The position numbers were made by a program, and so were the translations under genes. A stretch of DNA of 32,000 nucleotides from NCBI RefSeq assembly GCF_013365475.1, contig NZ_CP046579.1, positions 720,001 through 752,000 of the forward strand. Reading direction: 5' to 3'. The notes beneath the pieces are model-generated. The model ran no database searches. It saw only the letters and a list, made by a program, of their open reading frames with translations, and had not been told where the DNA came from. This DNA comes from Candidatus Saccharimonadota bacterium. GTDB lineage: Bacteria > Pseudomonadota > Alphaproteobacteria > Rickettsiales > Anaplasmataceae. This document shows positions 11,331 to 20,588 of this stretch, piece by piece (position 1 is the stretch's first letter; every line of letters starts with the position of its first letter).

Positions 11331-12265
11331 ATGCAGCTGATAGTAATTATAATAATTGTTGATAACTTTTTAAATTAATCTCTTGTAATTTTCCTAAGTC
11401 TCTCAACAAAAAATAAAATCTAATCTTAAAAAATCTTAGTAACTAGTGTTAACAAATCAAGAGTTTGAAACAAGCGCTATTATAAATAGTGAAATTGCCT
11501 CTGATAAGCAGAATATTAATGTTTTTCAGAATAATTCCTTACAAAAAGGAGTGGAGTATAAGTAATTACTTAGATCAGATTACTAGAAATAATGGTCTTA
11601 AAATATATTCTATTATGTGTCTGGAGCTTATTAAGAAAATTTATCAATTAAATTATATCAATGATAGTCTCTTTTACTTCTATTCTCTAAAGATTGACTA
11701 CCTTTACCTATAATATACTGTATACAAAAGCTAGTAGATCTTAAAAAGACTTAATTCATTTTCATTTAGTTTGTACAAATCTACAAAAAACAGAGCAGAA
11801 TAATTAAAAAGTACATCAGAAAACATTTTCCTTGTATATTAAGAAAATAGTAGGAAAATTATCAATAATAAGGTTTGCGTATGGTAAGTTAAAAAAGATC
11901 ATTGAAACGAAAGAGATAAGTAGAGAATAAAGGAAGAGTAATAAATTTACAGGAAAAACTTTTTGGAATAAAATTGATCATCTATAAGCAAAGTTACATA
12001 AATCAGCTATAAAAAGGTAGTTGAAAGTTAAAACAAGCTAAACTATCTGCAGATAAAACTAACCTAAGGTTTATGTTTCTTTGGTGTTACTGATCAAAAC
12101 TATTGACATTTTTGTTTTAGTATATAATAAGAAAGCTTCATATAATGAAATAAGTTGATTAACACGATAGATAAATTGCACATCTCTTCACAAGAATAAA
12201 ATTTGAAAAAAAACTATATAGATGTTATAGATATTTACTTTTATCAAAATAGTCATAAAGAAGAT

Positions 12266-13258
12266 ATGATGTTTAATTTTCCAAGCACACGTTTAAGACG
12301 TAGGCGCTTAAGTAAATGGATTCGAAATTTAACAAGTGAAAGCATTTTATCAGTAAATGATTTGATTCTTCCACTCTTTGTTCATGACAGAAAAGAAACA
12401 ACTGAACCAGTTTCTGGTTTGCCAGGTATAAAATGCTACTCAATAGAAGGATTAGTTTCTATAGCTCAAGAAGCTGAGGATTATGGAATTAATGCTATTG
12501 CTATTTTTCCTGTAGTTGATAGCAAGTTAAAGTCTAAAAATGCAGAGGAAGCATACAATCCAGAAAATTTAATCTGTAAGGCAACTTATGCTGTGAAATT
12601 AAATGTACCTAACATTGGTATCATCGCAGATGTTGCATTAGATCCATACACTACTCATGGCCATGATGGCCTTCTAAGAGCGAATTTGGTAGATGTAGAA
12701 AATGATGAAACTGTGTCAGTATTGTGTAAGCAAGCACTTGTTTTGGCAGAAGCAGGATGTAATATAATTGCTCCCTCTGATATGATGGATGGCAGAATAG
12801 GGAAAATAAGAAAAATATTAGATGATAACAACTTTCAAGATGTGTTGATACTATCTTACGCAGTAAAATACTGTTCCAGTTTCTATGCACCATTTAGACA
12901 AATTGTTGGCTCATGCATACCATCAAGTCTAATCGAAAAAGATAGTTATCAAATGGACTATAGAAATATAAAAGAGGCAGTTTGTGAAATTGAAATGGAT
13001 ATAAATGAAGGTGCAGATTTCATTATGATAAAACCAGGTATGCCATGCTTAGATGTAATCAAGACAGCAAGTGATAAATTTAATTTCCCGATTTTTGCTT
13101 ATCAAGTGAGTGGTGAATATGCAATGATAAAAGCTGCAACAAACAACGGATGGCTGAATTACAATAAAGCAATTTATGAGTCCTTAGCAGGGTTTAAACG
13201 TGCTGGTGCAAGTGCAATACTTACATATGCAGCGCTTGATGTCGCAAAAATTTTATAG
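12266..13258 (+). CDS. hemB: Porphobilinogen synthase (delta-aminolevulinate dehydratase), Asp-rich non-zinc type
   Basis: The HemB N-terminus FPSTRLRRRRLSKWIRNL begins at the ATG-ATG pair at 12266, so I prefer this start over the track's TTG at 12203. The metal-site region is ADVALDPYTTHGHDG, the Asp-rich form rather than the Cys-rich form. It also has the KPGMPCLDV and SGEYAM motifs. Confidence 0.92.
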   Translation: MMFNFPSTRLRRRRLSKWIRNLTSESILSVNDLILPLFVHDRKETTEPVSGLPGIKCYSIEGLVSIAQEAEDYGINAIAIFPVVDSKLKSKNAEEAYNPENLICKATYAVKLNVPNIGIIADVALDPYTTHGHDGLLRANLVDVENDETVSVLCKQALVLAEAGCNIIAPSDMMDGRIGKIRKILDDNNFQDVLILSYAVKYCSSFYAPFRQIVGSCIPSSLIEKDSYQMDYRNIKEAVCEIEMDINEGADFIMIKPGMPCLDVIKTASDKFNFPIFAYQVSGEYAMIKAATNNGWLNYNKAIYESLAGFKRAGASAILTYAALDVAKIL

Positions 13259-13932
13259 CATAGAAACCATAATGTGGATCTTGTTCTTTATAAGAAGCCA
13301 AGTCGGTCTCTAGAACACTAGACATGTATTTAACAAGTTCCGCTAGAAACTTCGCCTTAAAGTACCATTATTTTGAATAATATCAACTAAGATACTATTT
13401 TATCTCTTTTCTCATCAGAGAAATTTCTAAGTACTTAAAATCATCACAATATGAAACAAATTCAGTGTCCATTCACTGAATAGTACCTTAAAGACCTCCT
13501 AGGACTGACAGCTTAACTAGTACAGATTAAAATTATGATATACCTGGAAATCTTAGGCATTAGAACATACAAATTAGAGCATACTAGAGACTAACTAAAG
13601 AGCTTTAATTTATAATTTACATTCGCTATAAAAATTATAGTAATGAGGAAGGAACAATTATGTGAGATTAAAAAAGGATCCACGTGTGCGCTACCCACCT
13701 CTTACTATAGCATATAATGTTTACTAGTCTTTCTCCTTGAATCAGATGGTATTTAGTTGTAGTAAAGTACAAAGGCATGTAAATTAATTTTGTTCCTTTT
13801 CATAGAAAATTGAATACTCTTATTCACCACTAAACTTACTAGGCAATTCTTGATAAGTAAAACTTAATATCCTCTTTTTTGACTGCTATGCACAGCTCAA
13901 AATTGAGAAAGTTGGGAATTATTGCCTTTTAC

Positions 13933-14877
13933 CTAGTAATCATCCAATTCTTCCAACTCATAGACTATTTTATTAGCTTGTCTTAATGTTTCCATAGAAG
14001 GTAAGTCTTCCGTGCTGAGTGGTAGTCGAACAGTTCCGTACTCTATAACACCAATATCATGCAAGAGCGCTTTAATAGGTATTGGGTTGCTAGCAACACA
14101 TAGCGCTTTACAGGCTTGTTGCCAAATATTTGTCAAATCTTTTGCTAGGCTTCTTGTCATTTGAGCAGATATTTCATCCCTAGATTTCATTGCCATGCCC
14201 TGAAGTGGTAGTAAGCAACGTTTAACATACTCATGTGCTATACATGGCCAAAGGTTAGAAGCAACAGAAACTAAACCAACTGCACCATAAGTAGCCATAT
14301 CAAGTATCATATTATCATCACCACAAAAAATCTCAATATTTGGCGCAACTTTCTTATACTCAACTAAAGTATCAACAGTTCCACTTGAATCTTTAATAGC
14401 CCAAAATTTTTCGTGGTTAGATAAATTATGCACAGTTTCTACATAAAGACTTACTCCTGCTCTTGATGGAATATTATAAAGCATAGCTGGTACATGTGCC
14501 TTTTCTAGTAGTTTCTCAAACCATAAAGTCTGTCCTACTGTTCCAGGCTTTGTATAAATTGGAGTAGTCATTAAATAACCATAAATAGGCATATCTTTGC
14601 AAAAATCAAGCCACTCGAGCGTTTGGTATAAATTCACCCCAGGTACACCAACTATAATTTTCATACTCAATTCCAGCTCGCATACAAAATTAACTAACGT
14701 ACGTCTTTCATGATCAGTAAGTGACAGACACTCCCCAGTGCTACCTAGCAACACTACACCGTTTTCGGCTTTAGCCTGCATCATAAGTAAACGACATAGA
14801 CCTCTATAATCTATGTCTCCTCTATAGTCAAAAGGAGTAACACAAGCAGTCCATAGAAATGGAGATAATAATTTCAA
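13933..14877 (-). CDS. dapA: 4-hydroxy-tetrahydrodipicolinate synthase
   Basis: 314 aa. Motifs: LLGSTGECLSLT, MLYNIPSRAGV, and AIKDSSGT carrying the Schiff-base Lys. Confidence 0.9.
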   Translation of the reverse strand: MKLLSPFLWTACVTPFDYRGDIDYRGLCRLLMMQAKAENGVVLLGSTGECLSLTDHERRTLVNFVCELELSMKIIVGVPGVNLYQTLEWLDFCKDMPIYGYLMTTPIYTKPGTVGQTLWFEKLLEKAHVPAMLYNIPSRAGVSLYVETVHNLSNHEKFWAIKDSSGTVDTLVEYKKVAPNIEIFCGDDNMILDMATYGAVGLVSVASNLWPCIAHEYVKRCLLPLQGMAMKSRDEISAQMTRSLAKDLTNIWQQACKALCVASNPIPIKALLHDIGVIEYGTVRLPLSTEDLPSMETLRQANKIVYELEELDDY

Positions 14878-14886
14878 TTGAAGTTA

Positions 14887-15360
14887 TTAAAATGGTATTT
14901 CATCTTCAATCAGCTCTTCTTTTACTTCACTATCAAAATTTTTGTACTGACCCTTCTGCTCTACTTCGTGCTGCTTATATTCATTTGATTTATAATCAAA
15001 ATTTTGTCGTGAATCCAAGAGTATAAGAGTGCTGTTAAAGTTTTGTAGTATCACTTCTGTGATATACTTTTCACTTCCGTTTTGGTCAGTATATTTTCTA
15101 GTTCTTAAAGAACCTTCAATGTAGATCTTACTTCCCTTATGCACAAGATCTCTAATAATTTTTACTAATCCCTCACTAAATACTACAATATTATGCCACT
15201 CGGTCTTTTCAGAGCGTATACCAGAAGATTTATCAGTCCAACTTTCAGACGTAGCTATTGAAAAACTTGCCATTTCTTTCCCATTTTGCATAGTTCTAAT
15301 TTCAGGTTCTCTTCCTAAATTACCAATTAGTATAACTTTATTTACTGTACCAGTAGACAT
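14887..15360 (-). CDS. ssb: Single-stranded DNA-binding protein
   Basis: 157 aa. OB-fold N-terminus VNKVILIGNLGREPEIR...TEWHNIVVF and the canonical acidic tail ending DEIPF. Confidence 0.95.
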   Translation of the reverse strand: MSTGTVNKVILIGNLGREPEIRTMQNGKEMASFSIATSESWTDKSSGIRSEKTEWHNIVVFSEGLVKIIRDLVHKGSKIYIEGSLRTRKYTDQNGSEKYITEVILQNFNSTLILLDSRQNFDYKSNEYKQHEVEQKGQYKNFDSEVKEELIEDEIPF

Positions 15361-15427
15361 GATTGTGCTTTAAATATAATTCTCTAACATTATGCTATAT
15401 TAAAGCACTACCGTCAAACTAATGAAA

Positions 15428-15501
15428 TGCGCTCGGAGGGATTTGAACCCTCTACTTTTGCCTCCGGAGAGCAACGTTCTATCCAATTGAACTACAAGCG
15501 C
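15428..15501 (-). tRNA. tRNA-Arg (anticodon CCG)
   Basis: Hand-folded 74-nt cloverleaf on the minus strand. Acceptor GCGCTTG/CGAGCGC, D stem GTTC/GAAC, anticodon stem TTGCT/GGCAA with loop CTCCGGA, T arm GAGGG-TTCAAAT-CCCTC, discriminator A. No CCA is encoded. Confidence 0.9.
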
Positions 15502-17823
15502 GTACATGTATTGAGATAACTAGTAAGCAAGATTATTTAGTCGAGTTTTGATCAAGTAAATAAAACCAAAGTTACATTAGTAGAATACTCATTTTGAGTT
15601 GCTTTCTGCCTTTTTATCATGCTCTACCCGTAGATCACACAAAAATTACTAATTTTAATCACATAATGTAGTCTCCAGCTTTATTCATAAATAGCTTTCT
15701 ATTACATCTATTTTTTATGCATTAGAAGGAACATAAAATTCAATCTAAATTTGTCACCTTGTACTTGAAACAAACTAATGACACTTTTTATAGCTCATAA
15801 AGAATATAATTAAAATCTTAATATTTTATCAACTAGCCTATTCTAGCATATTATCAAAAAACACTTTTTATACTATAAACTGCAAAATAAAGCACCAAAT
15901 CATTCTTTAATGTTTCTATTATTATGCATCTAAGGCTGTAAACCTATTCTTTTATGTTAATAAAGTGTTTCTCTATATAAAAAAATTCTGTTTAATTTTA
16001 GCATTCCTTTATTCAGTCAAGATCCATCATTAATACATTGCTGATGGATATATCCTCTGAAACTTCCGTAATATCTTACGTCTGTAACATACATTAACCT
16101 TAAAAATAGCAAGTAAAAGCAGAGTTTTACTTTTATTATCGAATCTATTTAGTAGAGCATACCACAAAGTATATTAGCTACCACCATTTCTATTACATAG
16201 CACATGCTATTAAAATATAGATTCATAGCCAAAGCACCGTACTCTTTCTCCCTTTAAAAAAAGAATTTTACTATAATACAACCAGCAAACTTAGAGGAAT
16301 CACAAAAACATAAATATATTTCTGTGATTGAACTAACACTCAAGTCAACTAGACTTCTACTTCACACTCTTAGGCATATGGATCTCTTATTATATTGTAT
16401 CTTCATATAGGTAGAAAGCCCACAACTTAAATTGGGCAACATGTTCTTTGTTGTAGAAACTTAAAGAAAAACATCCTACCATAAGTTTAATTTTCAATGA
16501 TTTCCTTTTCTTGAACTTTAATAATTTCTAAATTTACAGAATATATCTCATCAATATAATCTTTCTTATTTCATAAATGATAACATAAAACAAAAGCTCT
16601 ATTCATTCAATGAACAATAAAGGCAAAAATCAACTGATTGCAGATCTTCTTTTTAACCAATAGCAATACTTGTTAATCATTCCTGATTCTAATAAAAACA
16701 TAGATACATTTTATTCTAATAGCAGGCAAATTAGAAATACTATGATATATATGAAATCATTGATTCATTCTTTACAGTCTCTGTATCAATAAAAATACCA
16801 ATTACCATGTTGAGAGTGAATCATTCAAGCCATATTGATATAATGCTTTTTTTTCATTACACAATCTTACTCAAATGAGTGAAGTTCTATACCAAGTGAC
16901 TTTAATTTTATATGATGAAAACTTACACAAGAGTTAAATGCTCTACCTTAGGTAAAATGCTGTAAAGCTATTAAATACTAAAAAATCATAAATTTATTCA
17001 TTTTTACATAGAATCTTCATATGAACTTATTAAGTACCTAGAACTTCCTTTTTTATTGAAACCCATCAGCGACATTGAGATGTGATTAGAAATATAAAAT
17101 CAAAGTAAAACATAAAAAATTTAAGAAAGTTCAAATAGATAACCTTGAAGATAAGGTTATTTCACTCGTATTAAAAATAACCTGACTTTTAATCTGAGAA
17201 TAAAGATTTAATTTGTAAACTATCTTTAATACTTTCAGTATTACTATGTAAGAGCCAATCAGGTCATTCTCCTTAGTAAACAGTGTTTAAAAGAAAAAAC
17301 TTAGCTTATATCATCATTATTGCAACAAAATCTTTACCTTTACTCTTGTTAAATAAGTGAACATCGAACTCTCACTACCATTAGGAGGAACTGTATCAGG
17401 TAACTCTAATCGATCGATTCAGTATCAAATATAAGATATTTCTTACCTAATAAGAATCATTAACTAAAATCAGGTACTGCTCTTGCTCTGTTGTCTCTGT
17501 CATAGTAAAACACTTTTTTACTAAAAATATTATTTTCAAAACATAGCAGTATCCTATCTCCAATAGGAAGAACGAACCTACTACCAGATTTTGAATTGAA
17601 TACATTAACAGAGCATAACCCACATACAACCAAAAAATAAATCACTTCACTATTGAATATCACAGGAAATTTTATTTATAAATCATGCAACAATGTTGCT
17701 CATATCACAATGCTTAATAAATACGTAATAGTATAAATAAGAAAATCTATTCAATAATTTTAATTGACATAAGACATTAGCATAGTTATTGCTAACATAG
17801 TATTAATACAAGTGGGGTAACAA

Positions 17824-18459
17824 ATGGGCACTTCTAGAATTTCATCTTCATTAAAATATTCAATTGCTACTTCTTTGCTATGTGCATCTGTCCTCACAAC
17901 TGGAATATTTATTTACCCTATAAGCTTAGCAATTCATAGCTCCACTGCAGTACCACCACTTTATGCAACAATTGTTTCTATTTCTATAATAATTGCATTG
18001 AGTTCAGCAATGTATCTTTCTAGGTCAATTCTCCCTATACTAAATAATAAAGAGTTCACCTGTAATCTAATCAAAGAGAGACAAAATATCAATGATGCTA
18101 GCACACAAACACCACAAATGACAACAGGCATATTGCCATTTTTATCCGCTCCAGACTTAAAGGAATCTACTATAACTAGTATATCAACTTCTTCACTATT
18201 GCCACCTTCTATTACTATAAGTAAAAATTCGAGTGCAACGTTTATGTCATCTCCTCCTTCTTTGCTACATCAAAGCACCAATGTACCACCGCCTCCACCT
18301 CTCCCACCAATCGGAAACCCCATTGGTAGTACTGTAGAAAAAAATCTCTCTATTACTAAACTCAAAGGCAACAATAAAAATTTTCAGGATGAGTTAAAAG
18401 AAAAGTTACAGAAGATAAAGGGCAAAATAGCAAAAGTAAGCAGACATGAGATCCTGTAA
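17824..18459 (+). CDS. Orphan membrane protein with two adjacent hydrophobic segments, an S/T/P-rich linker, a polyproline tract and a Lys-rich C-terminal helix
   Basis: The 211-codon stop-free ORF sits inside otherwise stop-dense DNA and has no opposite-strand gene to shadow. GTGGGG lies 6 nt upstream of the ATG. Hydrophobic stretches fall at about aa 12-37 and 44-66. It contains NVPPPPPLPPIGNPIG and ends ELKEKLQKIKGKIAKVSRHEIL. I recognise no family. Confidence 0.6.
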   Translation: MGTSRISSSLKYSIATSLLCASVLTTGIFIYPISLAIHSSTAVPPLYATIVSISIIIALSSAMYLSRSILPILNNKEFTCNLIKERQNINDASTQTPQMTTGILPFLSAPDLKESTITSISTSSLLPPSITISKNSSATFMSSPPSLLHQSTNVPPPPPLPPIGNPIGSTVEKNLSITKLKGNNKNFQDELKEKLQKIKGKIAKVSRHEIL

Positions 18460-18502
18460 AAGTTAAATATAGAAACCAGAGTGTGCAGGATACCAACAAC
18501 AG

Positions 18503-18530
18503 AGAGTAAGATCAGTGTGTTAATTACTCT
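18503..18530 (+). terminator. Weak candidate hairpin downstream of the orphan gene
   Basis: AGAGTAA (18503..18509) and TTACTCT (18524..18530) form a 7-bp perfect stem with a 14-nt loop, followed by ATTTG. The loop is large and the U-tract is poor. Confidence 0.2.
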
Positions 18531-18810
18531 ATTTGCTGGAAAATTTTAAAGGTATTATGAAACTATAATCATAGCAAATACATTAATATAAATAGGGAAG
18601 AAAATAACAGATAATCTTCTGGTCATCATTTTGATTTAAATTAAGTATATTATGTACTTACAATATTAAATACAACAGCTATAAATAGAAACTTTCTTCT
18701 GCAAAGGAAATAGCATGTTAAGAAGTTGGGAGTGAAGAAAAAACTCATTTACACTTAGGCATCAAGAAACAACTGATTATATTATCATATTAGTAAATAA
18801 TGAGATTAAA

Positions 18811-18842
18811 GTAAAAGCAAAGGGAAATGCCATACTTTCCTT
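18811..18842 (-). terminator. Candidate intrinsic terminator after the T1SS ABC gene
   Basis: The minus strand reads AAGGAAA-GTATGGCA-TTTCCCTT followed by TGCTTTTAC, starting about 25 nt after the stop. The stem is AT-rich with one bulge. Confidence 0.3.
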
Positions 18843-18866
18843 ATCTAATTAATTACTTACTAAAGG

Positions 18867-20588
18867 CTACTCTTCTGCATCATTTGATGATGGAATAACC
18901 AATTTACTTAAAACCTCATCTTTTGGACCCATATCATGAACAATACCATCTGACATAAGAATGACCTTATCAACTAATGATAATAACAGAAGCTTATGAG
19001 TTATTATTATAGTAGTGATATTTCGCTTTTTCGCAATATTAATTGCTTTGATCAAGCAAATTTCTCCATTATTGTCCAAGTTAGCATTTGGCTCATCAAG
19101 CACTAAAAGCTTCGTATTACCATAGAAAGCTCTTGCAAGACCAAGCAGCTGTTTTTGTCCACCGGAGAGTGTTACTCCAAAGCTTCCTATCGTTGAATCA
19201 TACCCGTTTGGTAAACTTAATATTAATTCGTGTATTCCTGCAATTTTTGCTGCTTTAATTATTTCTTCAGGATTTGGGTCTAGTCTCATACGAGCAATAT
19301 TAGCTTTAACACTAGTATTAAATAATTCAACATCTTGAGGTAAGTAACCAACATAGTTACCAAAATTCTCTCTGTTCCAAGTGTATACATCAGCACCATC
19401 TAATCTTACTACACCAGATATAGGTTTCCATACACCAACAGCTAATTTTGCAATGGTTGATTTACCAGAAGCACTTGCACCTATAACACTAACTACATCT
19501 CCTGGTTCTATCACAAATGATACACCCTTTATCGTTGGTTTATTACTCCCATATGGAGTAAAAAATACTCTATCAAATTCCAACTTTCCTTTAGGCTCTG
19601 GCAAAGCTAGAGTTTGTTCCCTTTTTGGAGATGCTAATATAAGTCTTTGCAACCTACCATATGACATTATGGCTTGATTTAAAAACTTCCAAGTATGTAC
19701 TGCTGCATCAAATGGAGCTAATATCCTGCTCATTAAGATAGAAGCAGCAATTATACTACCTGCAGTTTTATGAGCTGTAACTGCAAGTAGTGCACCTGTT
19801 CCGATGACTGATATCTGCAAAGTAGAACGCAAAAACTTGGTAATTCCAGTAATTATATTAGAACGATTTTGTGCTTTGACTTGCATCATGCGATTATGAT
19901 CATTTCGTTTACACCAATCAGAAACTATGGATTCTGACATACCCATAGCTTCGACTACTTCTGCATTTCTTGTCGCAACATCTATGGCATTGATATTTCG
20001 TATAGTTTCTTCGTTAACTTCCTGTAATATACGTTTAGTGGCAAGTTCATTCCATATTGCCATAAAAATCAATATAACAATTCCAGCAACAGCTATAAAC
20101 CCAGTAGAGGTATGTATCATAAAGACTACAATAAGGTAAATCAATGACCAAGGGGTATCAAACAGTGAAAATATACCATTCCCTATAATGAAATTTTTTA
20201 TCACTCCTAGGTCTCTCATTGCTTCACCACTAGAAGCTGAGCTCTGCACTGATGTTAATCTAATTGATCTTACTATTAAGTCTGGTGTTACAGTTTTATC
20301 GATCCAATCACCGATTTTTGCCATTGCTAAGTATCGACAAGTTTCAAGCATTGCAGAACATGCAAAGGCAGATATTGTAATAATTGTCAGCATGACTAGC
20401 GTAGATATGCTTCCGCTTGATATCACACGATCAAGCACTTGAGAAGTGTAAAGTGGCAAGAATAACATTAATAAATTAATTGCAGAGCTGAACCAAAAGA
20501 TGAACCAAAATGCACTTTTACACTTTTCTAAGCAAATATATAGAACACTTTGCCTCAATTCTTTTTTTATCGATAAGGTAACTTCCAC
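18867..20588 (-). CDS. Type I secretion system permease/ATPase (PrtD/AprD-like ABC exporter)
   Basis: 573 aa. N-terminal six-helix TMD with FSSAINLLMLFLPLYTSQVLDRVISSGS. NBD with Walker A GASASGKST, signature LSGGQKQ and Walker B LLVLDEPNANLD. GTG start preceded by AAAAGGGAGATT. There is no adjacent MFP or OMP gene. Confidence 0.9.
   Translation of the reverse strand: MEVTLSIKKELRQSVLYICLEKCKSAFWFIFWFSSAINLLMLFLPLYTSQVLDRVISSGSISTLVMLTIITISAFACSAMLETCRYLAMAKIGDWIDKTVTPDLIVRSIRLTSVQSSASSGEAMRDLGVIKNFIIGNGIFSLFDTPWSLIYLIVVFMIHTSTGFIAVAGIVILIFMAIWNELATKRILQEVNEETIRNINAIDVATRNAEVVEAMGMSESIVSDWCKRNDHNRMMQVKAQNRSNIITGITKFLRSTLQISVIGTGALLAVTAHKTAGSIIAASILMSRILAPFDAAVHTWKFLNQAIMSYGRLQRLILASPKREQTLALPEPKGKLEFDRVFFTPYGSNKPTIKGVSFVIEPGDVVSVIGASASGKSTIAKLAVGVWKPISGVVRLDGADVYTWNRENFGNYVGYLPQDVELFNTSVKANIARMRLDPNPEEIIKAAKIAGIHELILSLPNGYDSTIGSFGVTLSGGQKQLLGLARAFYGNTKLLVLDEPNANLDNNGEICLIKAINIAKKRNITTIIITHKLLLLSLVDKVILMSDGIVHDMGPKDEVLSKLVIPSSNDAEE

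Noticed and set aside
11489-11713. 74-codon plus-strand ORF in the iscS-hemB spacer
   Set aside because: It has a non-ATG (GTG) start, no ribosome-binding site, and an extremely I/L/Y/K-rich translation typical of random AT-rich sequence. It matches no recognisable family.
12103-12265. The TTG start at 12203 for hemB, and a TTGACA (12103-12108) / TATAAT (12123-12128) pair as its promoter
   Set aside because: The 21 extra N-terminal residues from the TTG start have no counterpart in HemB, whose conserved FPxTRxRRxR begins right after the ATG pair at 12266. The two perfect hexamers are only 14 bp apart, too short for a standard sigma-70 promoter, so I do not call one.
12651-12893. Minus-strand ORF inside hemB
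   Set aside because: It is an antisense shadow ORF.
17447-17663. Two overlapping minus-strand ORFs of 60 and 67 codons as real genes
   Set aside because: They are short, overlap each other in different frames, lack ribosome-binding sites and show no recognisable motifs. They are better explained as remnants within the 2.3-kb decayed block.
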